Source: Rhodospirillaceae bacterium
Lineage (GTDB): Bacteria > Pseudomonadota > Alphaproteobacteria > JAEUKQ01
NCBI GenBank assembly: GCA_016722635.1
Contig: JADKIX010000011.1
Location: 319,760 to 383,759, forward strand
Direction: 5' to 3'
Length of the DNA: 64,000 bases
Below are positions 52,181 through 63,074 of the stretch, in pieces. Within the stretch, counting starts at the first letter, position 1; each line of letters starts with the position of its first letter. The position numbers and the translations under genes are program-made. Under the pieces are notes generated by a model. The model was not told the DNA's origin and searched no databases. It saw only the letters and a list, made by a program, of their open reading frames with translations.

Positions 52181-54001
52181 ATGTTACTCAGAAATTTAGC
52201 AATTATTGCCCACGTCGATCACGGTAAGACAACCTTAGTTGATCAGTTGTTACGCCAAAGCGGAACATTTCGCGCCAACCAGCAAATGGTGGAAAGGGTG
52301 ATGGATTCGAATGAGCTTGAAAAGGAACGCGGTATCACTATTTTGGCCAAATGCACGTCGGTTACGTGGAAAGGCATTAAGCTGAATATTGTGGATACGC
52401 CGGGGCACGCCGATTTCGGCGGAGAAGTTGAGCGTATTTTAAACATGGTGGATGGGGTCGTGGTGTTGGTGGATGCAGCTGAAGGGCCTATGCCGCAAAC
52501 CAAATTTGTGACCATGAAAGCTTTAAAACAAGGGTTGAAGCCGATTGTGGTCATTAACAAGGTGGATCGTCCTGATGCCCGAGCCCAAGAGGTACAAAAT
52601 CTGGTTTTTGATTTGTTTGCCTTATTGGGTGCTACCGATGAGCAACTTGATTTTCCAACCCTTTTCGCATCTTCCAAGCAGGGATGGGCCGCACATTCCT
52701 TAGATGCCCCCCGCCTAAATCTAGAGCCGCTTTTTGATTTGATTGTCAAACACGTGGCGCCGCCGACATGCAACCCCGATGAAAAATTCGCTATGCTTGC
52801 TACCATTATCGAATCAGATCCCTATTTGGGGCGTATTTTAACAGGGCGTATCAATACGGGAAAAGCAAAAGTCAATATGCCAGTCAAGGCACTAAGCCCC
52901 GATGGAAAGGTCATCGAACAAGGACGTCTAACCAAATTATTGGCTTTCCGCGGTGTGGAACGGATCCCAGTTGAGCAAGCAGTTGCAGGTGATATTATAG
53001 CCATTGCGGGGTTAGGGGCACCCACCGTGGCCGATACCATTTGCGATCCCGCTGTCATGACCCCCATTCCAGCCCAACCCATTGATCCGCCAACCCTGTC
53101 CATTAATATCAGCGTGAATGATTCACCCCTAGCTGGACGGGAAGGTAATAAAGTTACCAGCCGAGAAATTCGCGCCAGGCTTTGGAAGGAAGGCGAGGGG
53201 AACGTCGCCATTCGCGTCAAGGAATCGGATCAGAAGGATTCGTTTGAGGTTTCTGGACGGGGTGAATTGCAATTGGGTGTGTTGATTGAAACCATGCGGC
53301 GGGAAGGCTTTGAATTGTCCATCAGCCGACCGAAGGTGATTTATCAGCAAGATCCCGTAACTTCACAACGCTTGGAACCGTTCGAGGAGGTATTGGTTGA
53401 CGTGGACGAAGAGTATGCGGGCGTTGTGGTTGAAAAAATTGGCATGCGTCGGGGGGAAATGTCTGACATGCAGCCATCCGGCAGCGGCAAAACCCGTGTC
53501 ACTTTCATTGTGCCGTCTCGCGGATTGATCGGTTATCATGGCGAATTTATGACGGATACCCGGGGTACAGGTGTTATGAACAGGTTGTTCCACGGTTATG
53601 CGCCTTATAAAGGAGCCATTGGCGGCCGACGTAATGGCGTATTGATTTCTACTTCCAACGGTAAAGCTGTAACCTATGCTTTATGGTATTTGGAAGAACG
53701 GGGTATTTTGATGGTTCCCCCCGGCGTTGATGTGTATGAAGGGATGATCCTCGGCGAGCATTCGCGTGAGAATGATTTGGACGTGAATCCGATTAAGGAA
53801 AAGCATCTCAGCAACGTTCGGACAACGGCGAAAGAAGAGGCTATCCGCCTGACTCCACCGCTGATCATGACGTTAGAAAAAGCGATGTCTTATATCCAAG
53901 AAGATGAATTGGTTGAAGTCACGCCCAAGAACATCCGCCTACGCAAGAAATACTTAAACCCTAATGAGCGCAAGAGATTCAACAAACAAAATTCGGATTA
54001 A
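52181..54001 (+). CDS. typA: translational GTPase TypA/BipA
   Basis: G1 AHVDHGKTTL, EF-G-like domains, 606 aa. Confidence 0.95.
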   Translation: MLLRNLAIIAHVDHGKTTLVDQLLRQSGTFRANQQMVERVMDSNELEKERGITILAKCTSVTWKGIKLNIVDTPGHADFGGEVERILNMVDGVVVLVDAAEGPMPQTKFVTMKALKQGLKPIVVINKVDRPDARAQEVQNLVFDLFALLGATDEQLDFPTLFASSKQGWAAHSLDAPRLNLEPLFDLIVKHVAPPTCNPDEKFAMLATIIESDPYLGRILTGRINTGKAKVNMPVKALSPDGKVIEQGRLTKLLAFRGVERIPVEQAVAGDIIAIAGLGAPTVADTICDPAVMTPIPAQPIDPPTLSINISVNDSPLAGREGNKVTSREIRARLWKEGEGNVAIRVKESDQKDSFEVSGRGELQLGVLIETMRREGFELSISRPKVIYQQDPVTSQRLEPFEEVLVDVDEEYAGVVVEKIGMRRGEMSDMQPSGSGKTRVTFIVPSRGLIGYHGEFMTDTRGTGVMNRLFHGYAPYKGAIGGRRNGVLISTSNGKAVTYALWYLEERGILMVPPGVDVYEGMILGEHSRENDLDVNPIKEKHLSNVRTTAKEEAIRLTPPLIMTLEKAMSYIQEDELVEVTPKNIRLRKKYLNPNERKRFNKQNSD

Positions 54002-55379
54002 TAGCATATTGGGACAAAACCAACATTTAGGTTCACCTAAAAAATCTTGGTGGTTGAGAGCGGTCGGTCTGTATACAGACCGCCGCAGTTTTGCCTTGTT
54101 ATTGCTGGGGATATCTGCAGGCATGCCGTATTTCCTGTTGCATGGATCCTTAACCGCTTGGTTGCGTGAGGGTGGCGTGGATCGAGCAATGATAGGCTAT
54201 ATCAGTTGGGTTGGAGTTTTCTACGGGGTGAAAGTTTTATGGGCCCCCTTGGTAGATCAAATAAAAATCCCCCTTCTTACCCGGTTCTTGGGAAAGCGGC
54301 GCGGCTGGATTTTGCTGTCCCAGATAGGGATTGTCAGTGGATTATTATTGATGGTTTGGGGAGCACCTGTTTTTCCTGACCCTATACTTGATCAGCCTAA
54401 AGGCCTTGGAAATTTAACATATCTTGGGAATATGGGGATGTTTATCCTGGCGATTTTGTGGGTGGCCTTTTGGTCGGCAACCCAGGATATTGCCATTGAT
54501 GCCTACCGGATCGAGGTGGCTGGGGAAGAGTTCCAAGGAGCTATGGTTTCCAATTACATTTTGGGCTATCGCATCGCCGGATCTTTGGTGGTAGGGGTGG
54601 GGGCTTTTTATTTGGCGGATTTATTGTCGTGGCCAGATGCCTATTTATTGATGGCTGCTTGTTTCCTGCCACTTATCCTGGTGGTTTTGCTGTCTCATGA
54701 ACCTCAAGCTTACTCAACATCTCCTGCAAGGGGGTTTCTTGCACACATCCAACAAGCTGTTTTAAGGCCCTTTATTGAGTTTTTTCAACGCCAATCTTGG
54801 AGTAGCGCTCTTGTTATTTTGGGGTTTATCGCTCTTTGCAAAGTCAGTGATATTGTCATGGGGCCAATGGTCAACCCTCTTTACAAAGATTTGGGGTTTA
54901 CGAATATCGAAATTGCCAATATTACCAAGGTTTATGGATTTGCGATCACTATATTAGGGGGGTTCATAGCAGGAATTTTAGTTGCCCGCTATTCTGCTAA
55001 GAGGTTGTTGTTGCCTGCTATCATTTTACTAGCTGTGCCTAACCTGATGTTTATGGTGCTGGCAGACCATCCAAAAGATATCCTATTATTGGCTTCAGCC
55101 ATCAGTGCCGATAATTTTGGCAATGGCTTGGCGGCTACAATTTTAGTTGCTTATTTCTCGGGCTTGGCCAATAAGGCCTATACGGCTACGCAATATGCTT
55201 TATTCAGTTCTTTAATGAACTTACCAGGCACCATCTTGGGCGGATTTTCAGGCTGGATAACCGAGCAGGTTGGCTATAGCAATTTCTTTTTGATCAGTGC
55301 GTGCTTGGCATTGCCAGCTCTTTCCTTGGCCTTTATCCTGCAATGGCGCCCAGGGGTTAAATCGCAGGGGAAGACCTAA
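53964..55379 (+). CDS. ampG: muropeptide MFS permease AmpG; start uncertain, the called ATG overlaps typA by 38 nt
   Basis: MFS 12-14 TM topology; AmpG-like N-terminal LLLLGISAG... Confidence 0.75.
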   Translation: MSARDSTNKIRINSILGQNQHLGSPKKSWWLRAVGLYTDRRSFALLLLGISAGMPYFLLHGSLTAWLREGGVDRAMIGYISWVGVFYGVKVLWAPLVDQIKIPLLTRFLGKRRGWILLSQIGIVSGLLLMVWGAPVFPDPILDQPKGLGNLTYLGNMGMFILAILWVAFWSATQDIAIDAYRIEVAGEEFQGAMVSNYILGYRIAGSLVVGVGAFYLADLLSWPDAYLLMAACFLPLILVVLLSHEPQAYSTSPARGFLAHIQQAVLRPFIEFFQRQSWSSALVILGFIALCKVSDIVMGPMVNPLYKDLGFTNIEIANITKVYGFAITILGGFIAGILVARYSAKRLLLPAIILLAVPNLMFMVLADHPKDILLLASAISADNFGNGLAATILVAYFSGLANKAYTATQYALFSSLMNLPGTILGGFSGWITEQVGYSNFFLISACLALPALSLAFILQWRPGVKSQGKT

Positions 55380-56064
55380 GTTTATCAACCATATACCCAA
55401 CGGATCGGACGGTACGGATTATATCGGGGTCGTTGGGCTTCTTAGGATTATATAGGGCCTGCCGCAAGCGCCCGATGTGGACATCAACTGTTCGAAGATC
55501 AATATAGTGACCTTGGCCCCACACTGCATCCAGCAATTGTTCCCTGGTTAACGGACGGCCTTGGTTTAGCAGCAAATGCCTTAATAGTTTAAATTCTGTT
55601 GGGCTTAATAAAATCAACTCTTGTTCCTGATAAACTTGGTGATGGTCAAGATCAACGGTTAAATTGGCATAAAGCAATTGGCTGTTTGAGGTTAACTGCA
55701 AACTACGCCGCAGCAGGCTTTTCACCCGGGCCAGCAATTCCTTGGTGCTGAACGGTTTGGTCATATAATCATCAGCGCCTGTTTCCAGCCCGCGCAGCTT
55801 GTCATCTTCCTCCGTACGGGCTGTCAAAATAAGGATGGGCAATAAATAAAATTGTGGGGAACGTCTTAAGATCCGGCAAAGTTCTATGCCAGAAATTTTA
55901 GGCACCATCCAATCGGCAATCACCAAGTCGGGTTTCTGTTCCCGGATCAATGTTAAGGCAATCTCACCATCTTTAGCCAGGATCGCCTGGTAACCTGCAC
56001 ACTCTAAGTTATATTCCAGGATAGCCATCAGGGCTGGATCATCTTCAACAATCAAAATTGTCAT
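55357..56064 (-). CDS. phoB: phosphate regulon response regulator PhoB
   Basis: receiver (ILIVEDD...D...KPF) plus OmpR wHTH; operon position after phoU. Confidence 0.9.
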   Translation of the reverse strand: MTILIVEDDPALMAILEYNLECAGYQAILAKDGEIALTLIREQKPDLVIADWMVPKISGIELCRILRRSPQFYLLPILILTARTEEDDKLRGLETGADDYMTKPFSTKELLARVKSLLRRSLQLTSNSQLLYANLTVDLDHHQVYQEQELILLSPTEFKLLRHLLLNQGRPLTREQLLDAVWGQGHYIDLRTVDVHIGRLRQALYNPKKPNDPDIIRTVRSVGYMVDKLRSSPAI

Positions 56065-56078
56065 CGAAACAGGCTGGA

Positions 56079-56837
56079 CTATTTGGGCGATTCCTTCTTA
56101 GGAAGAGCAGATGGGGTGGGAGTTAGGTAAGAATTGGTAATCGTGTGATCGCTTTTGGGACGGTCCCCTTTAATTGGGGAGCCATGCACCATAAAATAAA
56201 TGGTTTCCGCAATATTGGTGGCGTGGTCGCCGATCCGCTCAATATTCTTGGCAATAAACAATAGATGGATACACCCACCGATGGTGCGTACATCTTCCAT
56301 CATATAGGTCAGAAGCTCCCGGAAGACGCTGGTATAAAGGGCGTCCACTTCTTCATCCTGCCGCCAGGCTTGCAGGGCTTGATCTATATTTTTATTGATA
56401 TAGGCATCCAACACATTTTTAACAATTTGTTGCACGGCTTTGCCCATCCGGGCAATACCTGTCATAAACTGTCCGTTCATCATGGTTTCGGGTAATGCTG
56501 GGACACGTTTGGCAACGTTGGCGGCATAATCGCCCATGCGCTCCAAATCACTGGAAATTCTTAAAGAGGAGACAACTTCTCGTAAATCTTGGGCCATCGG
56601 TTGCCTGAGTGCCAGGATTTTGACAACTAAATTACTGACCATTTGATCGCGCGAGTCAATTTTTTGGTCTTGCTCAACCACTTCTTTCGCTTGTTTCAAA
56701 TCATGGGACGCCAAGGCTTCGACCGCCTGTTGTAGTTGCGATTCGACCAAAGCACCCATTTCAACAAGGATATTGCCTAATTGTTTTAATTGGTCATCAA
56801 ATGATTTCACAATATGTTCGGGTAAATTTACCATCAT
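56079..56837 (-). CDS. phoU: phosphate signalling protein PhoU
   Basis: duplicated PhoU domain, about 250 aa; follows pstB. Confidence 0.9.
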   Translation of the reverse strand: MMVNLPEHIVKSFDDQLKQLGNILVEMGALVESQLQQAVEALASHDLKQAKEVVEQDQKIDSRDQMVSNLVVKILALRQPMAQDLREVVSSLRISSDLERMGDYAANVAKRVPALPETMMNGQFMTGIARMGKAVQQIVKNVLDAYINKNIDQALQAWRQDEEVDALYTSVFRELLTYMMEDVRTIGGCIHLLFIAKNIERIGDHATNIAETIYFMVHGSPIKGDRPKSDHTITNSYLTPTPSALPKKESPK

Positions 56838-56857
56838 CTTTTCCTTTTTTTATTTTT

Positions 56858-57622
56858 TTAGCCGAAACGTCCGGTGATATATCCTTGGGTGCGCTGATCC
56901 TGAGGGCTGGTAAAAATTTCGTCGGTTGCGCCACTTTCAATCAATTCACCCAGATGGAAAAAAGCAGTTTTTTGAGAAACGCGGGCCGCTTGCTGCATGG
57001 AATGGGTCACGATGACAATCGTGAAATTGTGGCATAACTCATCAATCAATTCCTCAACCTTAGCGGTCGCAATGGGGTCAAGTGCTGAACAGGGTTCATC
57101 CATCAAAATAACATTGGGATTGATAGCAATTGCCCGGGCAATGCAAAGCCGCTGTTGTTGGCCGCCAGACAGCGATAAAGCTGGTTCCTTCAAACGGTCT
57201 TTGACTTCTTTCCATAACCCTGCTTTTTCTAGGCTGTTCGTAACAATGGCATCCAGTTGCTGCCGGTTATTGGCTAATCCATGCAATTTAGGAGCGTAGG
57301 CAATATTTTCATAAATTGATTTGGGAAAAGGGTTCGGTTTTTGGAAAACCATCCCAACTTTGGCACGCAAGGTGACTACATCAATTTGGGGATCATAAAT
57401 GTTGTGGCCATCTAAAAGGATTTCGCCTTGGATACGGCAACTGGCGATCACATCATTCATCCGGTTTAAGCACCGCAGGAAAGTAGATTTACCGCAGCCG
57501 GATGGGCCAATTAAAGCGGTTACTTGGGACGACAGGATGTCCAAGGTCACAGACTTGAGGGCCTGTTTTTCCCCATAATAAACATTTAAGTCTTTAACAG
57601 TTATCTTCGCTTGGGTTGTCAT
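56858..57622 (-). CDS. pstB: phosphate ABC transporter ATP-binding protein PstB
   Basis: Walker [13 protein letters not shown] signature LSGGQQQR. Confidence 0.95.
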   Translation of the reverse strand: MTTQAKITVKDLNVYYGEKQALKSVTLDILSSQVTALIGPSGCGKSTFLRCLNRMNDVIASCRIQGEILLDGHNIYDPQIDVVTLRAKVGMVFQKPNPFPKSIYENIAYAPKLHGLANNRQQLDAIVTNSLEKAGLWKEVKDRLKEPALSLSGGQQQRLCIARAIAINPNVILMDEPCSALDPIATAKVEELIDELCHNFTIVIVTHSMQQAARVSQKTAFFHLGELIESGATDEIFTSPQDQRTQGYITGRFG

Positions 57623-57680
57623 AGGTTTCTACTAAACGCCTTATTGTTTTTAATAAAAAGCAAAAAATTCTAGCTTGGTT

Positions 57681-58925
57681 TTACCATTTTTTTTCCACCC
57701 GTTGCCGGATGATAATGGCAACCGAGTTCATTAACACCAAAAATAATAACAACACAAAAATAGCTGCATAGGTTTTTTCAACAAAAGCAGTCTCCTGCAG
57801 ATCAGACCACATATAAATTTGTGCCGGTAAAACGGTTGCGGGATCGGTGAATTTTGCTGGGATATCCACCACAAAAGCGATCATGCCGACCATCATTAAA
57901 GGTGCCGTTTCACCTAATGCACGCGCCATCCCTAGAATCGTTCCCGTTAAAACTCCGGGTAACGCCAAAGGAAAAACATGATGCCAAACAACTTGGGCTG
58001 GGGAAGCACCGACCGCCAGGGCTGCTTGCCTCACGGAATCGGGTACCGAACGTAGCGCAGCCCGCGCTGCGATAATAATAACCGGTAGGGTCATTAAGGC
58101 AAGCACCATTCCCCCAACCATTGGGGAAGAACGGGGCAGATCAAAAAATCCCAAAAATACGACAATTCCCAATAACCCGAATATGATGGAGGGAATGGCT
58201 GCCAAATTATTAATATTAATTTCGATTAAACGGCTTAAGAAATTTTTCTTGGAAAATTCTTCCAAATATAAAGCTGCCGCCGCCCCAAAAGGCAAAGATA
58301 ATAATAAAGTAATAACCATGGTTAGGAAAGTGCCTGTAATACTGCCCAAAATACCAGCTTCTTCCGGCTCACGGCTATCGCCTTTGCTCCAAAACAATTT
58401 ATCAAGAGAGGTTTTGATCTGTTGCTGTTGTTCCAGTTGTTCCACCCATTGGCGTTGGTTATCGCTAAGTTTTGAATCTTTTTGGCCGGTTGTTTGATAT
58501 TCGTCAACCAAGCTTGACGTGCGCACGTCAATGAAAAAAGAAGATGGCTGGCCTATGGGGGGTGGAAGGTCGCGCAGTTCGTCTGCAGCATGCGGGGATA
58601 ACAGTTTCATGAGTTCCCGGCGTTCTGAAGACGTTGGGTTGATGGCAAGGTTCTTTTCCAACAGCTGGCGGATCATGACCCGGTAATCCGGTCCGGTCCC
58701 ATCATTGCTGGCTAAGGGCGCTATATCCGTTGTTGTGGCCTCAAGGCTAATATAGGTGTGAAAAAAAGCTGGCCACGCATGATACATAATATAAGTGAGC
58801 AGGAAAAATAAAAAACTGCTGGGTATTGCCAAGCTAACCAACGCCATTATCCTGAAACGGCGTTCACCTTTCAAGCGTTGCCGCAATTTTTTCGGGGTTT
58901 GGGTCAAGGACAGGGTATTATTCAT
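57681..58925 (-). CDS. pstA: phosphate ABC transporter permease PstA (long form)
   Basis: ABC TM permease with EAA-like ARALGETAPL; follows pstC. Confidence 0.88.
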   Translation of the reverse strand: MNNTLSLTQTPKKLRQRLKGERRFRIMALVSLAIPSSFLFFLLTYIMYHAWPAFFHTYISLEATTTDIAPLASNDGTGPDYRVMIRQLLEKNLAINPTSSERRELMKLLSPHAADELRDLPPPIGQPSSFFIDVRTSSLVDEYQTTGQKDSKLSDNQRQWVEQLEQQQQIKTSLDKLFWSKGDSREPEEAGILGSITGTFLTMVITLLLSLPFGAAAALYLEEFSKKNFLSRLIEININNLAAIPSIIFGLLGIVVFLGFFDLPRSSPMVGGMVLALMTLPVIIIAARAALRSVPDSVRQAALAVGASPAQVVWHHVFPLALPGVLTGTILGMARALGETAPLMMVGMIAFVVDIPAKFTDPATVLPAQIYMWSDLQETAFVEKTYAAIFVLLLFLVLMNSVAIIIRQRVEKKW

Positions 58926-60300
58926 ATTTTTGCCGGTAGCGCGATAAAATCCATAAAGATATAATGTTTAAACTCAACGTAATCACAAACAGCAGTAAAC
59001 CAAGGGCAAAAGCTGCCAAAGTTTTAGAACTGTTAAATTCTTGATCACCTGTTAAAAGGGTCGTGATCTGGACGGTGACGGTGGTGACAGATTGGAGAGG
59101 GTTAATACTTAAATTGGCAGCTAAGCCAGCGGCCATTACTACGATCATGGTTTCGCCGATCGCGCGTGATACCGCGAGCAATATTCCCCCGATAATTCCC
59201 GGCAAAGCAGCGGGGACCAAAACCCGGCAAATGGTTTCTGATTTTGTAGCGCCTAATGCGTAAGAACCATCGCGCAGTGAGCTGGGGACTGCTTTTAAAG
59301 CATCATCGCTTAGGGAGGCTACGAAGGGTATAATCATCATTCCCATCACCAATCCAGCTGCTAAGGCGCTTTCAGCGGCGACGTCCAAACCTAAGCTTTC
59401 CCCCAATTTACGGATAAGGGGGGCCAGCACGATGGCTGCAAAATACCCGTAAACGACGGTAGGGATCCCTGCCAATAATTCAAGCACTGGTTTCAGGATT
59501 GAGCGCTGCCGCGGCGATAAATATTCGGCCATATAGATAGCAGACATTAAACCCAAGGGGGCAGCGATAGTGATGGCTATCACTGTGATTAAAGCGGTGC
59601 CCAAGATAACAGGAATGACCCCGAAGCTGCCTGAACTTCCGGTTTGATCTGCTCGAATGGCGGTTTGTGGGCTCCATTCCGTACCAAACAGGAATTCACC
59701 TAAGGGCACACGATCGAAAAACCGCCAAGCTTCCATTAATAGAGACAAAACAATCCCTAGGGTAATGGCAATCGCGATGCTGGCGCAAGCTGCCAGAAAT
59801 ATTTTAACCAGGCTTTCAACAGCTGGGCGGGCCCGGAAATCTGTTCTGATATAGTGTTTTGACCACCAGCCGCCAATTATTGTGCCAATCAACAGAATCA
59901 TTATGTAGGCATAATATTCTATCTCCTGCCATTTTTGCAGCAAATGCTGGAATTTATCCCAAATATCCTGCGGCACAATGGGCGATATCTGTGAAAAAGG
60001 ATTGGTTAAGCTTGCTTGCAGAAGGGAATAAAAATCTTGGGGGGTAAGGTTGCTGTCCCTAAAAATGTTTTCAGGGATACCAGCAATTGTTTGATGATAG
60101 GTGAAATAAGGTAGGAAAATGGCACTAGCCAAGAGGCACAGAAGACCAATACCGCCTGCCCACACTGCAGAATAGAAACCATAATAGGCGGGGCGTGCAG
60201 CCAGAACCAGGCCAGTTTTTCGCTGGATTAGGGAAGCTTTTCGGCTTCCCCAATAATAAGAAGTAAGAGCGAGAAAAGCCAGCATCAAGAAAAACAGCAC
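58918..60300 (-). CDS. pstC: phosphate ABC transporter permease PstC (long form)
   Basis: permease EAA-like SRAIGETM motif; follows pstS. Confidence 0.88.
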   Translation of the reverse strand: MLFFLMLAFLALTSYYWGSRKASLIQRKTGLVLAARPAYYGFYSAVWAGGIGLLCLLASAIFLPYFTYHQTIAGIPENIFRDSNLTPQDFYSLLQASLTNPFSQISPIVPQDIWDKFQHLLQKWQEIEYYAYIMILLIGTIIGGWWSKHYIRTDFRARPAVESLVKIFLAACASIAIAITLGIVLSLLMEAWRFFDRVPLGEFLFGTEWSPQTAIRADQTGSSGSFGVIPVILGTALITVIAITIAAPLGLMSAIYMAEYLSPRQRSILKPVLELLAGIPTVVYGYFAAIVLAPLIRKLGESLGLDVAAESALAAGLVMGMMIIPFVASLSDDALKAVPSSLRDGSYALGATKSETICRVLVPAALPGIIGGILLAVSRAIGETMIVVMAAGLAANLSINPLQSVTTVTVQITTLLTGDQEFNSSKTLAAFALGLLLFVITLSLNIISLWILSRYRQKYE

Positions 60301-60336
60301 GCCATTCCCTCCATTTTAGGGCCAATATCTTAATCG

Positions 60337-61350
60337 TTAAGGCCGATAAACCTTCAACTGCCGGATATTTTGCAATTGTTGGGCATGATCCGATGCAGGT
60401 AAGGGAACTAAACCTTTATCAGCTAAATATCCATCTTGCCCGCTCGATTGGTCGCTAGCATATTCCAGCATAAATTCTTTTAATCCTGGCACAAGGTCAA
60501 AATGACCTTTTTTGAAATAAACATACAAAGGGCGGGCAATCTTGTAACGCCCTGTGGCAATGCTATCAAAATCTGGTTTTACCGCATCAATCGCCAAACC
60601 ATATAAAATATTCCCATTCTCCTCAAGGAAACTATAGCCGAAAATGCCCACAGATTTAGGGTTGGCCTGCAATTTCCGAACGATAAGGTTATCGTTCTCG
60701 CCTGCTTCAATGAAAGCGCCGTCTTCCCGCATGGTTTGGCAAATATTTTGCCGTTGGTCGGCCGCTAGAGAAGCAACTTCCTGAAATTGCATACATCCCT
60801 TATCCATTACCAATTCGACAAAAGAATCACGGGTACCGGAAGTTGGCGGGGGCCCCAAAACCTCAATTTTATCATTGGGTAATTGCGGGTTAATATCCTT
60901 CCAGGTTTTATAGGGATTAGCCACTAATTTCCCGTTGACTGGAACGGTTTTTGCCAGCGCCAGCCATAATTCCTTGGTAGTCAGGTTGAAAGGCTGATGT
61001 TGGTTGGATTGTGCAATAACAATACCATCAAACCCTATTTTCAACTCGATGATTTCGGTGACGCCATTTTTGGTGCAAAGCTCGATTTCCGAATCTTTGA
61101 TCCGTCTTGAGGCATTAACGACGTCGGGATAAGATTCACCAAAACCTGAACACCATAATTTGATTCCACCCCCTGTGCCAGTTGATTCAACAATAGGGGT
61201 ACGAAATTTTGTATTTCGGCCAAAATTTTCGGCAACATTTGTGGTAAAAGGAAAAACGGTGCTGGAGCCTACAACACGGATCTGATCCCGTGCTTCGGCG
61301 ATGGTTGCCCAGGATAATAAAGTTATCCCAAGGGCAGTTGATAATATTTT
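60337..61350 (-). CDS. pstS: phosphate ABC transporter substrate-binding protein PstS; start at MKILSTALG, ORF open to 61416
   Basis: signal peptide; PstS/PBP-like fold (VVGSSTVFPF, STGTGGG); operon context. Confidence 0.88.
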   Translation of the reverse strand, partial: KILSTALGITLLSWATIAEARDQIRVVGSSTVFPFTTNVAENFGRNTKFRTPIVESTGTGGGIKLWCSGFGESYPDVVNASRRIKDSEIELCTKNGVTEIIELKIGFDGIVIAQSNQHQPFNLTTKELWLALAKTVPVNGKLVANPYKTWKDINPQLPNDKIEVLGPPPTSGTRDSFVELVMDKGCMQFQEVASLAADQRQNICQTMREDGAFIEAGENDNLIVRKLQANPKSVGIFGYSFLEENGNILYGLAIDAVKPDFDSIATGRYKIARPLYVYFKKGHFDLVPGLKEFMLEYASDQSSGQDGYLADKGLVPLPASDHAQQLQNIRQLKVYRP

Positions 61351-61466
61351 CATGAGCTTAGTCCTAATTTTGATAGGGGTTGCAAATATCATTATCAATT
61401 CAAATGATAATATCAATCATATTGGCAAATGATTATGACAACTTCATGACAAACGGATTGATTATA

Positions 61467-62870
61467 TTAAACAGCTAATTCGTTATGGACAGGTAGCGAA
61501 ACGACAAAGCAGCTTCCTTGTTTGGGGCGGCTATATATCTTTAACCGGCCACGATGGCGCTGAATGATATGTGAAGCTATCGCTAATCCCAAACCTGTTC
61601 CTTGTGTATTAGGATTATTATCGGCGCGATAAAAACGTTCGGTAATCCTTGCAAGATCTTCTTCCGCAATCCCCATTCCTGAATCCACCACTAAGATTTC
61701 TAACTCTTTTCCCCCGGCGTCCAATTGGCGATACCTGAAAACCAACCAGATTTTATTGCCAGGCATACTGTATCTAACGGCGTTATCCAGCAAATTTTCA
61801 AACAGGATGTATAATTGTTGACTATCACCGGATAAGGTAGGTAAATCATCCGTTTTTTCTAAAAATCCCTCCCCAGGAGGAATAAAATCAAATGAGGTGG
61901 GCTCACCCCCCAATTGCAGATCAATGGAATATTTATTTAACAATGGTTGCAGATCACCTTGCACTGTTTCCAGGATAGATGCCAAGGAAACAATGTTTTC
62001 TGGATAGCTACTTTCCAGCTGTTCAATCTTGGACAGGAGGAGCAGATCTTTGACTAATTGGCCCATGCGCCGGACTTGTTGTTGAAATAAAGAAAGAAAA
62101 AGCTCTCTTTTTTTAAGATCTTCGGGGAAGTGATCTTGAAGTGTTTCTGTAAGACTAGAAATAACGGCTAAAGGCGTTTGTAGTTGATGGCTGGCGTTCG
62201 CAACAAAATCTTGATTCTTTTGGATCATTTTTTTAGCAAAAGTCTGATCACGTAAAACAATAACGGTGGCCAGAAACTCTGCTAAGGGCAAGGATAATTG
62301 TTGTAAGGTAATATTCCAATGCCTAGTTACCGGGATTGTTAAAGAAAATTCCAGGTTTAAAAATTCGCATTGCTGTTGATTGATTTGATTGATCCCATTT
62401 AACAAATCGGGATGACGGATCAGGCCCGCTAACTCAACTCCTACCAAAGATCCGGTGTATCCCAATGATTTATTAACTTCTGCATTGCTGTAAATGATTT
62501 TTTGCTGGGTATTTATGATTAATACTGCCTCTGGCCAGTTCTCAAACAAACGGGTCAAAAGATCCAGCAAAAATTTGGCTGTTGGGGAAACAAAAAAGGT
62601 ATTTGATAAAGATTCAGGATGGTGTGCAGGGGAAGGGGATAAATCTAAAATATCATTTCCCTGTCTTTCTCCTGGTCTATGTTCCCTAGCTGTGGTCTTC
62701 CGACTCAATTGAAAATAGCCAAAGGCAATGATTACGCAATGGCTTAACAGGCAAACGAAAAATCCCCAGATCTCTAACAATCCTAACCCACTCAGTAACC
62801 CTGTTAACAAAACACTGAAAACAAAACTGCGTACGATAAAGGCTAGGGGAAATGCTTTTGATGGTATCAT
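61467..62870 (-). CDS. phoR: phosphate regulon sensor histidine kinase PhoR
   Basis: 2 TM helices, PAS, HisKA H-box ASHQLQTPL, HATPase G-box GTGLGLAI; heads the pst operon. Confidence 0.88.
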   Translation of the reverse strand: MIPSKAFPLAFIVRSFVFSVLLTGLLSGLGLLEIWGFFVCLLSHCVIIAFGYFQLSRKTTAREHRPGERQGNDILDLSPSPAHHPESLSNTFFVSPTAKFLLDLLTRLFENWPEAVLIINTQQKIIYSNAEVNKSLGYTGSLVGVELAGLIRHPDLLNGINQINQQQCEFLNLEFSLTIPVTRHWNITLQQLSLPLAEFLATVIVLRDQTFAKKMIQKNQDFVANASHQLQTPLAVISSLTETLQDHFPEDLKKRELFLSLFQQQVRRMGQLVKDLLLLSKIEQLESSYPENIVSLASILETVQGDLQPLLNKYSIDLQLGGEPTSFDFIPPGEGFLEKTDDLPTLSGDSQQLYILFENLLDNAVRYSMPGNKIWLVFRYRQLDAGGKELEILVVDSGMGIAEEDLARITERFYRADNNPNTQGTGLGLAIASHIIQRHRGRLKIYSRPKQGSCFVVSLPVHNELAV

Positions 62871-63074
62871 GCCAATCCATTACCTATTTAACATAATTAT
62901 CCGTAGCCACATTTGGGCAACGGCGATTGGAAAAGTCCGTTTTTTTAAAGGACTCAAAATAGTGTTTTTCACACATAACATACAAATATTGTTTTGTTGA
63001 TGTAAATATAGTACAACCAGACAGGCTTTACTTGTTCCGAATGTAGCGACAACCAATTAAAAAGGATCTGATCC

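Noticed and set aside
62871-63074. Pho box (CTGTCAT direct repeats) in the phoR upstream region
   Set aside because: Only a weak partial match (cctgtctggttgtac on the minus strand); not convincing without a lineage-specific consensus.
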